Below are positions 26,582 to 36,810 of a DNA stretch of 64,000 bases, piece after piece. Below the pieces are notes generated by a model, which worked only from the letters and a program-made list of their open reading frames with translations, ran no database searches and was not told the DNA's origin. Each line of letters opens with the position of its first letter. Positions within the stretch are counted from its first letter, which is position 1. The DNA is taken from the IMG/VR virus record IMGVR_UViG_2974542590_000001, positions 91,054-155,053 of that record; one strand, 5' to 3'. Source of the DNA: a virus. Its lineage: Duplodnaviria; Heunggongvirae; Uroviricota; Caudoviricetes; Herelleviridae. Made by a program: the position numbers and the translations under genes.

Positions 26582-28237
26582 ATGTACCTGTTGGATTTAG
26601 ATTACTCACCTTATACTACAATGAGTAACTGTATGCTGATTGACTTTAAAGGTATGTTAGAACATGGCTTTGTCATGGGTAATGCAGAAATAAAGTCCCC
26701 ACGGTCTATTCAAACAGCAACAGCACAAGTGAGCCAGATATTAGCTAATGTCGCAAGTCAACAGTACGGGGGTTGCTCATTTGATAGAATGGATGAAGTA
26801 CTCGCACCCTACGCTGAAATGAATTATAAGAAGCATTTAGCGGATGCAGACAAGTACGATATCCCTAACAAAGAAGTATACGCAACAGAAAAAACGCAAA
26901 AAGATGTCTATGATGCTTTTCAGGCATTGGAGCATGAAGTAAACACTCTGTTTTCAAGCAACGGGCAGACCCCTTTTGTGACGGTAGGTCTTGGATTGGG
27001 AACAGGTCGTTGGGAACGTGAAATTCAAAGAGCTACTCTTAAGGTGCGAATGGCAGGTCTTGGAGATGGTAGAACCGCTATTTTTCCTAAGATTTTATTT
27101 ACTCATAGAAAGGGTGTTAACTTTTATCCAACAGACCCTAACTATGATATTAAACGATTAGCATTGAAGTGTGCGGCTAAGCGAGTATACCCAGATGTCC
27201 TCAACTATGATAAAATAGTGGAAATTACAGGAAGTTTTAAAGCCTCAATGGGATGTCGCTCATTTTTACAACAGTATGTTGACCCTAAAACAGGGGAAGA
27301 AGTTCACGCAGGCAGACAAAACATGGGAGTAGTAACTCTTAACTTACCCCGTATCGCAATTGAGTCGGGTGGAGATAAGAAAGTATTCATGGAGCTTTTA
27401 GATGAACGTTTAGGTGTAATTCGAGATGCGCTAGTATTTAGAATTAACCGAGTGTTAGAAACGAAACCAGAAAATGCACCTATCCTCTATAAATACGGTG
27501 CAACAGGTGGTTGGTTGAATGACGGGGAGTCTATTGAACCACTAGTTAAAAACAAACGTGCTACTGCCTCTATTGGGTATATTGGGCTTTATGAAGTCGG
27601 AGTACTACTGTTTGGTGAAGATTGGCAAACAGACCACTATGTAGACCCCGTAGCAAAAGAGTTCCTAAAAGAAGTTATGCAACACATGAAGGATAAAGCA
27701 CTAGAATGGTCAAATGAATACGATGTCTGGTTTAGTGTTTATGGCACACCTTCAGAAAGTTTAACAGATAGATTCTGTCGGCTAGATACTGAAAAGTTTG
27801 GAGAAATTCACCGTGTTACCGATAAAGGTTTTTACGTTAACTCATTCCATTACAGTGAAGAATTAAAGCCTACCCCATTTGAAAAAATGGACTTTGAGGG
27901 TGAGTTCCAACCACTGTCATCTGGTGGATTCATCAGCTACGTTGAAGCACCTAGCCTAATAAACAACTTAGATGCTATGGAATCACTGTGGAACTACAGT
28001 TACGACAAAGTAGGATATTTTGGTGTTAACTCACCAGTAGACAAATGCTTTGAGTGTGGTTTTGAGGGCGAATTTATTCCGACAGTTAACAGCTACGAAT
28101 GTCCTAAATGTGGGAATCATGACCCGGCTAAAGCGGATGTAATCCGCCGTCAATGTGGTTACCTCGGACAACCACTAGCACGCCCTAACGTTAGTGGTCG
28201 TAAGAAAGAAATAGATGCACGTGTGAAACATATGTAA
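26582..28237 (+). CDS. nrdD: NrdD, exon 2 (catalytic and glycyl-radical domains)
   Basis: C-terminal ..VIRRQCGYLG.. is the glycyl-radical motif, and a Cys-rich zinc ribbon precedes it. The exon probably begins a few codons from the listed ATG. Confidence 0.65.
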   Translation: MYLLDLDYSPYTTMSNCMLIDFKGMLEHGFVMGNAEIKSPRSIQTATAQVSQILANVASQQYGGCSFDRMDEVLAPYAEMNYKKHLADADKYDIPNKEVYATEKTQKDVYDAFQALEHEVNTLFSSNGQTPFVTVGLGLGTGRWEREIQRATLKVRMAGLGDGRTAIFPKILFTHRKGVNFYPTDPNYDIKRLALKCAAKRVYPDVLNYDKIVEITGSFKASMGCRSFLQQYVDPKTGEEVHAGRQNMGVVTLNLPRIAIESGGDKKVFMELLDERLGVIRDALVFRINRVLETKPENAPILYKYGATGGWLNDGESIEPLVKNKRATASIGYIGLYEVGVLLFGEDWQTDHYVDPVAKEFLKEVMQHMKDKALEWSNEYDVWFSVYGTPSESLTDRFCRLDTEKFGEIHRVTDKGFYVNSFHYSEELKPTPFEKMDFEGEFQPLSSGGFISYVEAPSLINNLDAMESLWNYSYDKVGYFGVNSPVDKCFECGFEGEFIPTVNSYECPKCGNHDPAKADVIRRQCGYLGQPLARPNVSGRKKEIDARVKHM

Positions 28238-28306
28238 GGTTTATTAGAGCCTGCTAGTCAGGCTCTTAATATTGTCAAAAATAAGAAAAAGTTAGAGGAG
28301 ATGGTT

Positions 28307-29122
28307 ATGATAATTACATTAGCCGGAGTTATTGGTGTAGGTAAATCATCAATGACAGAAATATTAGCAAATCTTTTAAATACAAAAGCAGTTTATGAAC
28401 CTGTAGAGGAAAATCCAATGCTTGAATTGTTCTACCAAGATAAAGCAAAGTATGGACTGCTTTTTCAAATAGACATGCTGTCTAAACGATTCGAAATGAT
28501 TCAAGAAGCTATGAGTGTAGATAATGGAATTTTAGACCGTTCTATTTTTGAAGACAGTATCTTCTTAGACCAACTAGTACAAGAGGGTCATGTTACAGAA
28601 ATGGAACAGGGAGTTTATCACCGATTGCTTAATCGTATGTTAAAAGAATTAGAACCATTACCTAAAAAGACTCCCGATTTAATGATTGTATTAAATTGTT
28701 CTTTTGAAGAAGAAATCAAACGAATCAATGCACGTGCCCGTGAGTTTGAGAAAGTAGAAGAGGGTACTGAATTATACGAATACTTTAAACGCCATCATGA
28801 GAACTATCAAAATTGGTTACAAAAAGACATGGGATTCCCTAAAATTGTTTTAGATGTAACAGATAAAGACTTTGTGAATGATAAAGGAGACCGTGTTTAC
28901 TTGTTAACAATTATTTTGAGTAAGTTGTGTGAAGTCGGGGCACTATCTACTGTAGATACGGTTAAATGTTTATGTGAGTTAAATGGCTTACCTTGGTGTA
29001 AAGACCACGCTACACAAGTTGCATTGAAGCTATACAATAGATTAGAGGGTAAACTACCTTTCCATGAATTAAGCAAGTTTACTGACAATCAAGACTTATA
29101 CACACTAGAGAAAGCTATTTAA
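28307..29122 (+). CDS. deoxynucleoside kinase
   Basis: P-loop ..LAGVIGVGKSS.. and dNK-family pattern ..ILDRSIFEDSIF... The second ATG (28307) has proper RBS spacing. Confidence 0.6.
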   Translation: MIITLAGVIGVGKSSMTEILANLLNTKAVYEPVEENPMLELFYQDKAKYGLLFQIDMLSKRFEMIQEAMSVDNGILDRSIFEDSIFLDQLVQEGHVTEMEQGVYHRLLNRMLKELEPLPKKTPDLMIVLNCSFEEEIKRINARAREFEKVEEGTELYEYFKRHHENYQNWLQKDMGFPKIVLDVTDKDFVNDKGDRVYLLTIILSKLCEVGALSTVDTVKCLCELNGLPWCKDHATQVALKLYNRLEGKLPFHELSKFTDNQDLYTLEKAI

Positions 29123-29139
29123 TGGAGGAAAAATAACAA

Positions 29140-29904
29140 ATGGACAAGTTAAAAAAGTTTTGGAAAGATAACAAAGAAAATATTGAAAAATTATTCACTT
29201 ACGAATATTATAAAGATGGTTTAACTGGTTGGAACAAATCAGCTCGTGTATTATGGTTTGTCGGAATTGCAGTCCAAGTATTCACCGGTATTATTCTACC
29301 TATGCTACAAGGTCAAGGGTTAACAATGACAGGGTTTACTGCTACAATTGCAGGAATTATTGGATTTACATGTACTGTAACAATTACAATGGGTAAATCA
29401 ATTAATGGTATTTTAGGATTTATTTCTGCTATTTTATTAATCGGTGTAGCAACTGTAACAGGTAACTACAGTGATATTATTATGCAAACTGCTTATATTG
29501 TTTTGTTAGATATTCCTATCATCTTCTCTAAACAATGGAATGAGGGTTTGAAACCTCGTAAAATGCAACCTGTACACATGCTTAAAACATTAGGTCTTAT
29601 TGTTGTTTTCTGGGTTGCTTTATACTTATTAGATACGGTTGTTTTACACTCACCGCAGGCTTTCTTAGATGCAACAAGTGCAATGATTGGTTTAGTTGGA
29701 GCTGTACTGTGTGTGAAAGGCTTTAGAGCACAATATTACTTCTGGACTTTCCAAGGTCTAATGTCAGTAGCTCTATGGATTCAAACAGCTTTACATGGAC
29801 ATGCGGTTTATGTACTAATGCTAACTTACATGTTATATCTAGCAAATGATGTATTAGCATTTACAAACTCTAAATGGTTTAAAAAGGAGGCTCCTCATGC
29901 CTAA
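29140..29904 (+). CDS. pnuC: PnuC-like nicotinamide riboside transporter
   Basis: ~250-aa polytopic membrane protein with N-terminal ...FTYEYYKDGLTGWNKSARVLWF... and Trp-rich TM helices typical of PnuC. Confidence 0.45.
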   Translation: MDKLKKFWKDNKENIEKLFTYEYYKDGLTGWNKSARVLWFVGIAVQVFTGIILPMLQGQGLTMTGFTATIAGIIGFTCTVTITMGKSINGILGFISAILLIGVATVTGNYSDIIMQTAYIVLLDIPIIFSKQWNEGLKPRKMQPVHMLKTLGLIVVFWVALYLLDTVVLHSPQAFLDATSAMIGLVGAVLCVKGFRAQYYFWTFQGLMSVALWIQTALHGHAVYVLMLTYMLYLANDVLAFTNSKWFKKEAPHA

Positions 29905-30136
29905 AGTAACAGTCTACTCAAAAAATGGTTGTGGTCAGTGTACATTCGTGAAACGTATGCTTGAAGGGGAGAAAATTCTCTTTGAAGAACGAAACATTGA
30001 TGAAGACCCAACAGCCAGAGAGTACCTAGTTAACAAATCTGTGACATCTTTACCTTATGTAGAGACATCTACAGGTATTAGTTTTACTGGAGTACAAATT
30101 GGTAAAATCAAAGAAATTAAAAAATCTTACAATTAA
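29897..30136 (+). CDS. nrdH: NrdH-like glutaredoxin
   Basis: KVTVYSKNGCGQCTFVKRML has a CxxC thioredoxin-fold start. 79 aa. Confidence 0.55.
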   Translation: MPKVTVYSKNGCGQCTFVKRMLEGEKILFEERNIDEDPTAREYLVNKSVTSLPYVETSTGISFTGVQIGKIKEIKKSYN

Positions 30137-30305
30137 TTTGTAAGATAGTGTTGACTTAATGACACTCGTAAGGTATACTTCTTCTTGTAACAAAGAGGGG
30201 TATACCTTTTTTATTCGTTGAAAAATTTCATGAAAAATTGTTGACTATACTATAAAGTTTGGTATAGTTAATTATAGTAAAAAATACCTAAAAGGAGGAA
30301 GTAAA

Positions 30306-30617
30306 ATGAATGAAAAAGAACTAGAGCAGTTTAATGCTGAAAGTGCTAGAAAGCTGTATACAGAAGAAAATTATATAAAAGAGCTTAATCATATCTTGCG
30401 TTTAATCAAAGAACAAGCCCCACACAGTAGAGAATTAATTTTAGCTTCAAATAGAAATGCGTTAGCGTGGAAGATGTTTTATAGTCAGGAGCAAGTTCTG
30501 TCAGAGGTTTTGGCAGAAAGAGGTTTTACAGTAAATGCTAAAACGCATAGTTACATCAATGGGGAACCGGTAAGAGTAGTTATAATTTCTTGGGCAAAAA
30601 CAAAGGAGGAGAAATAA
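30306..30617 (+). CDS. hypothetical protein
   Basis: AGGAGGAAG RBS. Confidence 0.5.
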   Translation: MNEKELEQFNAESARKLYTEENYIKELNHILRLIKEQAPHSRELILASNRNALAWKMFYSQEQVLSEVLAERGFTVNAKTHSYINGEPVRVVIISWAKTKEEK

Positions 30618-30708
30618 TATGAAAGCATTTATGGACAATATTCCACTAGCTAATGGAAAGTGGCAAATTAAATAAACAAAAAGTTATTGAATAAATGGAG
30701 GAATTAAC

Positions 30709-31176
30709 ATGATTGAAAAAGTAGGATTTAACATTACGTTATTACCATTAAGATACCGTCCCGAAACAGGAGGTATGGTGTTGCTACACCGAGTTCAAGA
30801 AGGGGTATACGAAATACCTAATGCTTTCTTGGGAGCTACGGATACACCTGAAATGACTGCACACAGTGTTTTAGAGGAGCTTGGTTTAGATGGTCAAGAA
30901 GAATCAATTAGTGCATCAACCATCTTCGGAGAACCTTCTAGAGACCCATCAGGACATAATGTAGCTCAGTTTTACGTTGCTCAAATGAAACAAGATGCTG
31001 AACGTAAAACAGATGAAACAGATAGTGATTATGTATGGTTTGTTGCTACTTCTCACGAAGCAAAAGTAGACCTTTCTACTGATGATACTACAATTATCTT
31101 GTATCGTGATGGTAGAATTACAGGAGATGCAACATTAGCCCTAGACCATAGCAACATGTTTACAACAATTTTCTAA
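30709..31176 (+). CDS. hypothetical protein
   Basis: GGAGG RBS. 155 aa. Confidence 0.5.
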   Translation: MIEKVGFNITLLPLRYRPETGGMVLLHRVQEGVYEIPNAFLGATDTPEMTAHSVLEELGLDGQEESISASTIFGEPSRDPSGHNVAQFYVAQMKQDAERKTDETDSDYVWFVATSHEAKVDLSTDDTTIILYRDGRITGDATLALDHSNMFTTIF

Positions 31177-31249
31177 TACAGTGTTGACTTTATTCCTTAC
31201 AGATGATATATTACTTACTGTAAGGAATATTTTTTTAGGAGGAAATATC

Positions 31250-31999
31250 ATGACCGAAAACTTAACAACTAAATCAGTAGAGGAACTTTCACCAACAGAA
31301 TTTTTCGAACGGGTGAAACAAAGTAAAAAAGAAAACCAAGATGCTGACCTAGACCGTTATTACGCAAATGCACTACGTATGCTAGAGAAAGCAATTAAAA
31401 CGAAGCAAGACCGACAAATATCATTGCTACGTCATCACATTCGAACGATTCAACTAGAAAAAGAAATTCGTGATATGGGTATTACAACCTTTGTATACTC
31501 AGAAGACGTTGAGAATTTTATTGAAAACGTAGAAAATCGCACAGTTAAACTAGCTGACCTTAAAGATTTTCCTCGTGAAATACCGGATGAGGTTGTTCCT
31601 GTAATTGAACGTGTACAAGATAAATTTGACCGTCTGGTTGTCATGTTTACAGACTATACAGATGAAGTAGGTCAACAAGTAGCAAAAGATAGTAGAGACA
31701 AAGACCCAATTTTATTTGGTGTATTCTTAGATGAAACATCAGATTATGTCATGGAGCGTATGTATTTCTTAGCTGACTGGGAAGACGAGTATTGTGATTT
31801 GACTCTTGATAAATTGATTGAAGAAAATAGAGAGCTAACTGGGGAAGAGATTGCTTTTTATTGTGAAACAGTGAACCCTGATGAACTGCTAACACTTGCA
31901 GATAATTACAATGATAAATTAAAACGTACAAATTCTGAGTACAAGGAACCTGAAAAGAAACCTCCTTTCAGTAAAGTGCGTTCATGGCTAGGTTTGTAA
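31250..31999 (+). CDS. hypothetical acidic protein
   Basis: The ATG at 31250 follows AGGAGGAAATATC. The track's 31181 start lies inside the promoter. Confidence 0.5.
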   Translation: MTENLTTKSVEELSPTEFFERVKQSKKENQDADLDRYYANALRMLEKAIKTKQDRQISLLRHHIRTIQLEKEIRDMGITTFVYSEDVENFIENVENRTVKLADLKDFPREIPDEVVPVIERVQDKFDRLVVMFTDYTDEVGQQVAKDSRDKDPILFGVFLDETSDYVMERMYFLADWEDEYCDLTLDKLIEENRELTGEEIAFYCETVNPDELLTLADNYNDKLKRTNSEYKEPEKKPPFSKVRSWLGL

Positions 32000-32000
32000 T

Positions 32001-32630
32001 ATGCAAGGTATAGACTACACACGAGGACGTTTATTCACAAAGAAAAGACGTAAACGTATAACAGATGTTCGGGTGTTAGCAGACCGAGAAGAACGCAATG
32101 TAGTTACTCCGGTAATTAGCCCCTCTGGAACAATTAGTTTTTCTTTTAATTTTGATGGTAATGACCCAGTTGGTGTTAAGGTTAAGAAAAACAAAATAGT
32201 ACTAAGGAAAAGAGTTAAAATAACTCAAACTAAATTGAGGCTTACACCAAAGTCACCTCGTAAGGGTGTAAACTACTATGAACTTAATTATGGAACTGAG
32301 TGCATACGTTGTGGTAGAACCCTACCAGATTTGAGTGTGCTAAATAGGAAAAAAGAGCCGGAGGAGCTGTGTAAGGGATGCAAAAAGTTATTTCCTCCAA
32401 AACCTACTATTTCACGATTAATGCTTATAGGTAATACTGGCGGGGTAAACAAGATTATTGACGTCATAGACAAAAACAAACCATTAGTATTCAAACGTAA
32501 AAAACGGGAAGAAGTCAAGAAGTGGTATGGTTCTTTAAAAGCAATTGCGCAAGAAGAGCACAATAGCTACACAGATTGGGTACGCAGAAAAGGGTACACA
32601 GATGCTATCAATATAGTTAGACGAACATAG
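32001..32630 (+). CDS. basic protein with CxxC...CxxC zinc ribbon
   Basis: CIRCGR....CKGCKK. Confidence 0.5.
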   Translation: MQGIDYTRGRLFTKKRRKRITDVRVLADREERNVVTPVISPSGTISFSFNFDGNDPVGVKVKKNKIVLRKRVKITQTKLRLTPKSPRKGVNYYELNYGTECIRCGRTLPDLSVLNRKKEPEELCKGCKKLFPPKPTISRLMLIGNTGGVNKIIDVIDKNKPLVFKRKKREEVKKWYGSLKAIAQEEHNSYTDWVRRKGYTDAINIVRRT

Positions 32631-32645
32631 AGAAGGAGAATATAC

Positions 32646-33605
32646 ATGAGTTTTGATAATATTTACGCTGACCTTGTGTTAGCTATCAAAGAAAAGGGTA
32701 TTTTGCAAAACCCCGATGAAGTACGAGCACACTATGAAGATGGGGAACCTGCTCCTGCATATGCAATTGAAGGTGTAAGCTTTGAAATTACACCAGACAT
32801 GGGACTGCCAATTCTTAAGAGTAAGTTTGTAGGCTCTAAGTGGGCGTTTACAGAGTTAGAATGGATTTGGCAAGCAATGTCTAACGATGTCAAGTGGTTA
32901 CAGGAACGAGGAGTTACTATTTGGAACGAGTGGGTGCAAGAGGACGGAACAATTGGAAAAGCTTATGGTTGGCAGTTACGTAATAAAGAACGATTTGTTG
33001 CATCAGGCGATGGGATTACGTTAGCTAAAAATCGGTTAGAAGATTGCCCAATTACAAAGTTTGTACCACTGGATGGTTACAATTTAGGTAGTTACCAACC
33101 TTATATAAAGCTGAATCAGGTAGAGGCAGTTATTGCACAGCTTAAAAACAACCCAAGTTCACGAAGAATTATGACTACTTTATGGGATGTCGAAGACTTA
33201 GATGACATGGCTTTAGAGCCTTGTGTATGGGCTACGCATTGGACTGTACAAAATGGTAAGTTAAACCTACATGTTAAACAGCGTAGTTCAGATTGTTGCT
33301 TAGGACTCCCATTCAATGTACTACAGTACCATGCTTTACAGGTAGTTATGGCTAAGGTATCTGGTTTAGAGTTGGGTACAATGTTCTGGAATATCGACAA
33401 TGCACATATCTACGACCGGCATATGGAACGAGCTGTCGAACAAGTAACTGCTCCTATGACAGAGGAAGTTTTAAACGCAGAACCTAAGCTAGTATTACCT
33501 TGGGAAGAAGCTGATATGACTAACTTTTTTGAGTGTCCTCTGTCTGAACTTAAGGTTGAAGGCTACAAACATAACGGAAGATTTAATTACGAGGTGGCAA
33601 TTTAA
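32646..33605 (+). CDS. thyA: thymidylate synthase (ThyA), no intron
   Basis: The active-site Cys pattern ..LEPCVWATHW.. and the ..RSSDCCLGLPFNVLQYHAL.. block are present. Full-length 319 aa. Confidence 0.75.
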   Translation: MSFDNIYADLVLAIKEKGILQNPDEVRAHYEDGEPAPAYAIEGVSFEITPDMGLPILKSKFVGSKWAFTELEWIWQAMSNDVKWLQERGVTIWNEWVQEDGTIGKAYGWQLRNKERFVASGDGITLAKNRLEDCPITKFVPLDGYNLGSYQPYIKLNQVEAVIAQLKNNPSSRRIMTTLWDVEDLDDMALEPCVWATHWTVQNGKLNLHVKQRSSDCCLGLPFNVLQYHALQVVMAKVSGLELGTMFWNIDNAHIYDRHMERAVEQVTAPMTEEVLNAEPKLVLPWEEADMTNFFECPLSELKVEGYKHNGRFNYEVAI

Positions 33606-33898
33606 TGAATACAGCTTCCTCTTTACAAAATCTTTTAGCTATTGCAGAGTCTGCAATTCTACATGAAGAGCGTAGACATCTTGCAAAGAAAGAACGATTA
33701 ATCAAGCAACGAAACGAAATATTAAATGCGCTACAAAAAGCGTGTACCCACCAAGATGAAGACGGGGAAGACCAAGTGGTTCCGTATAATAATCTAGGGT
33801 ACAAAGCCTATAAGTGTGCAATTTGCCAAGCTAAGTTTACCCAATCAGGGTATGACGAAGGCTTACATGTTAAGAAAGAAGGAAATACAGATGAGTAA
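33605..33898 (+). CDS. hypothetical protein with C-terminal Cys pair
   Basis: 97-aa ORF. Confidence 0.45.
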   Translation: MNTASSLQNLLAIAESAILHEERRHLAKKERLIKQRNEILNALQKACTHQDEDGEDQVVPYNNLGYKAYKCAICQAKFTQSGYDEGLHVKKEGNTDE

Positions 33899-34505
33899 AG
33901 ACCCAATGACATGGACAGCAGAAAGATTGTCTAAGGGTAAATATGCTGATTACAAGTTTCCTGTAATGGTAGACGGTATCGGGGTACGTGGAAGTATCTA
34001 CGTCTCCGGTTGCCCTTTTAATTGTTTAGGATGTTACAATAAAAAGGCACAAAACTTTAGTTGGGGAAAAGACTATACCCAAGAAGTAGAAGACCAAATC
34101 CTTAAAGATATTTCACAAGATTATTGTGATGGTATTACTTTGTTAGGCGGAGAACCTTTCTTAAATACACAAGTCCTATTGCCTTTAGCTAAACGTATTA
34201 AATCGGAGCTAACAGGTAAAACAATATGGTCATGGTCAGGTTACACATTTGAAGAGCTTACAGATTCTAACGCTGAAAACTGGGAAGATAAGCTTGAACT
34301 ATTATCTTACGTAGATGTACTCGTAGATGGGCGTTTTGAGCAGGATAAATTCAACCCTAACCTTGTTTTCCGTGGTTCATGGAATCAACGTATCATTGAT
34401 GTACAGAGAAGCCTAGAGAAAAGCTCAGTGGTCTTGTGGGAAGATGGTAAATATCTTGAAGGAGAAGACCATACACCCATTAAATTATTTTCTACAAGAA
34501 AATAA
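33891..34505 (+). CDS. nrdG: anaerobic RNR activating protein NrdG (radical SAM)
   Basis: CPFNCLGCYN is a CxxxCxxC cluster motif. ATG at 33891 after AAGAAGGAAATACAG. Confidence 0.65.
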   Translation: MSKDPMTWTAERLSKGKYADYKFPVMVDGIGVRGSIYVSGCPFNCLGCYNKKAQNFSWGKDYTQEVEDQILKDISQDYCDGITLLGGEPFLNTQVLLPLAKRIKSELTGKTIWSWSGYTFEELTDSNAENWEDKLELLSYVDVLVDGRFEQDKFNPNLVFRGSWNQRIIDVQRSLEKSSVVLWEDGKYLEGEDHTPIKLFSTRK

Positions 34506-34602
34506 AAAAAGTTGTTGACTTGTTATAAAGTGTAAGGTATACTATTATTTGTAAGGGGAAAACTTACACATAAAAAACTAAATATTGGAGGAATTATTTT
34601 TT

Positions 34603-35460
34603 ATGAGCGAGAAGACGTTTAAACGCCTAGTCGTAACCGGAGTGGTTGCAGTTATTTTATTGATTGGAGGTACAATCGGTGCGTTCCGTTTCTTCGAACG
34701 AATCGACAACGGTTATGTAGGTGTACGTTTCTCACCTAACGGTGGTGTTAAATCCGAAGCATTACAGCCCGGTGTTAAATGGGTAGGTATTGACAAAGTA
34801 ACACAATACCCAATCCGTTTACAAACTATCCAAGCTAAAGATGTTGCGGTTTCTACATCTGACGGTAAGAAAACTGTAGTTAACATTAAGTATGACTACA
34901 AAGTAGACCCTAAACAAGCAACTAAAATGTACAAAGAGTTCGGTAACGTAACATCTGAGGATATTGAAAAAGGTTGGTTGAAATCTCGTCTACAAAAGAC
35001 TGCTCGTGAAGTTTACTCTAAGTACAGCTTGCTAGATGTTCTTTCAGGTAAGTCTTCTGAGGTTGAGGGAGAAGTGCTAGCTCGTTTCTCTGATTCAGTT
35101 GAAGGTAAAGGTTTCTTAGTTGAAAACGTAACGGTAGGTGTACCTGACGTTGACCCAGAAACACAAAAATCAATTGATGCAATCATCCGTTCAGGACAAG
35201 AAGCTAAAAAAGCTGAGTTAGATGCTAAAACTCAAAAAACACAAGCAGAAACTGAGGCTACAAAAGTTACTTTGAAAGCCCAAGCAGAAGCCCAAGCTAT
35301 TAAAGACAAAGCTAATGCACAAGCAGAAGCTAACAAGAAAATTGCAGAATCTGTTACGGATGAACTAGTTCGTTACGAAGAAGCACAAGGACGTAAGGAA
35401 CACGGTTGGGTTACTACAATCGTAGGTGACGGACAAGCAATCGTGGACACTGATAAGTAA
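34603..35460 (+). CDS. SPFH/band-7 (prohibitin/HflC-like) membrane protein
   Basis: N-terminal TM, an SPFH core and a C-terminal KAQAEAQA coiled coil. ATG at 34603 after GGAGGAATTATTTTTT. Confidence 0.55.
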   Translation: MSEKTFKRLVVTGVVAVILLIGGTIGAFRFFERIDNGYVGVRFSPNGGVKSEALQPGVKWVGIDKVTQYPIRLQTIQAKDVAVSTSDGKKTVVNIKYDYKVDPKQATKMYKEFGNVTSEDIEKGWLKSRLQKTAREVYSKYSLLDVLSGKSSEVEGEVLARFSDSVEGKGFLVENVTVGVPDVDPETQKSIDAIIRSGQEAKKAELDAKTQKTQAETEATKVTLKAQAEAQAIKDKANAQAEANKKIAESVTDELVRYEEAQGRKEHGWVTTIVGDGQAIVDTDK

Positions 35461-35663
35461 TGGGATTCTTCATTGCTAAATTCTTTATCGCTCTTATTAT
35501 ACTGTTGCTTGGGGGTATAGCTTTCTCTATTGGTTACTACTTTGTCAAGAAAAATAAAGAAGAGCAACCAGAGGAAGATGAGCATGTTAATGTTAAGAAC
35601 ATTAAAGGTAAAGAACACTACACAGATGATTCTTATGATAAAGATGATTGGTGTGATTTTTAG
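35460..35663 (+). CDS. small membrane protein
   Basis: One TM plus an acidic tail. Confidence 0.45.
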   Translation: MGFFIAKFFIALIILLLGGIAFSIGYYFVKKNKEEQPEEDEHVNVKNIKGKEHYTDDSYDKDDWCDF

Positions 35664-35755
35664 GACAGCAGAAATGCTGTTCTTTTTTTTGTAAAAAAAG
35701 TGTTGACTTACTGATACCATAGAGGTATACTGTATACATGAGAGGTGAGGAAATC

Positions 35756-36142
35756 ATGAGTAAGGTTTTAGTACCGGATAACTGTCCTTACTGTGGAGCT
35801 AAAGTTATTTGGACAAGTAATGAAATATTATACGGGAAAGTTTACGGTAATGGTAAATGTTATTACTGTACAGGTTGTGGTGCTAGTGTAGGGACTCACA
35901 AGAACAGACCAAAAGAACCACTAGGTATCTTAGCTACACCACCTATGAAACGATGGAAAAAATTATGTCACAGTTTATTCGACCCTGTATGGAAATCTAG
36001 ACAGATAAGTAGAGGGGAGCTGTACAGTGTGTTAGCCTGTAAGCTTGGTATTCCTAAAGAGGACTGTCATTTTGGACATTTCAATGAAGAACAACTAAAA
36101 AGAGCGTGGCAAGTTATTAAAGAACCTAACTGGTGGAGGTAG
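35756..36142 (+). CDS. zinc-ribbon protein
   Basis: CPYCGAKV....CYYCTGCG. GAGGTGAGG RBS. The earlier ATG at 35738 sits at the transcription start. Confidence 0.5.
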   Translation: MSKVLVPDNCPYCGAKVIWTSNEILYGKVYGNGKCYYCTGCGASVGTHKNRPKEPLGILATPPMKRWKKLCHSLFDPVWKSRQISRGELYSVLACKLGIPKEDCHFGHFNEEQLKRAWQVIKEPNWWR

Positions 36143-36278
36143 ACATGGACACATTGATTATTCATAAGAACTTCAAGAAAAATTATGAAGATATGTGTAA
36201 ATTATCGAAGAAAGCTGATGAATTTGAATTTGGTGTTGAATTAGACAGAAAATTTGGGGATTTAAAGGAGGAATAATA

Positions 36279-36809
36279 ATGAATCACATTGAACATGCAA
36301 TTGATGAAATTGAACGAGTTTTGATTGGTAATAAAAGTCGGGATGTCGAAGAAGTTTACTTACAAAATGCTATTCGTTCGCTAAAAGAGTATCAGGACAA
36401 CTATCAGAAGGTTATAGCATACCGAGCGGATAAGTGGCATGAAGACATGGGAGATGTTCTTTGGTGGGAGTCTCCTATTAGGGAAGCGCCTTATTGCGGT
36501 ACCCCATTAGACGATGGCTTCCCAGAGTACAAAACGCACTTTACAATAATTAAATTCCCAGATGAGGTAGAGCCAGTATCTAAATGGGAAGTGAATATTG
36601 GGGACTTAGTTATCCGTAAAGGTAAACACGAAGCAAAGGTATACTTTGTTGAAGGCGTAGACGATGACGGGGTGCTTTTAGTTAACGGAATAAAAGATGA
36701 ATTTTACACTGATGAAGACGATGGGGCTATCGGTGACGAAACTTTAGATTATTTTTATACTAATTTTCGGTTACTAGCTAAGAGTGAGAATTTAGAGGAG
36801 GAAAATTAA
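36279..36809 (+). CDS. hypothetical acidic protein
   Basis: AAGGAGGA RBS. Confidence 0.5.
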   Translation: MNHIEHAIDEIERVLIGNKSRDVEEVYLQNAIRSLKEYQDNYQKVIAYRADKWHEDMGDVLWWESPIREAPYCGTPLDDGFPEYKTHFTIIKFPDEVEPVSKWEVNIGDLVIRKGKHEAKVYFVEGVDDDGVLLVNGIKDEFYTDEDDGAIGDETLDYFYTNFRLLAKSENLEEEN

Positions 36810-36810
36810 G

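Noticed and set aside
31181-31249. ORF-track start of the 31181-31999 ORF
   Set aside because: Codons 1-23 overlap the GTGTTGACTT-N17-TATATT promoter. The RBS-supported ATG is at 31250.
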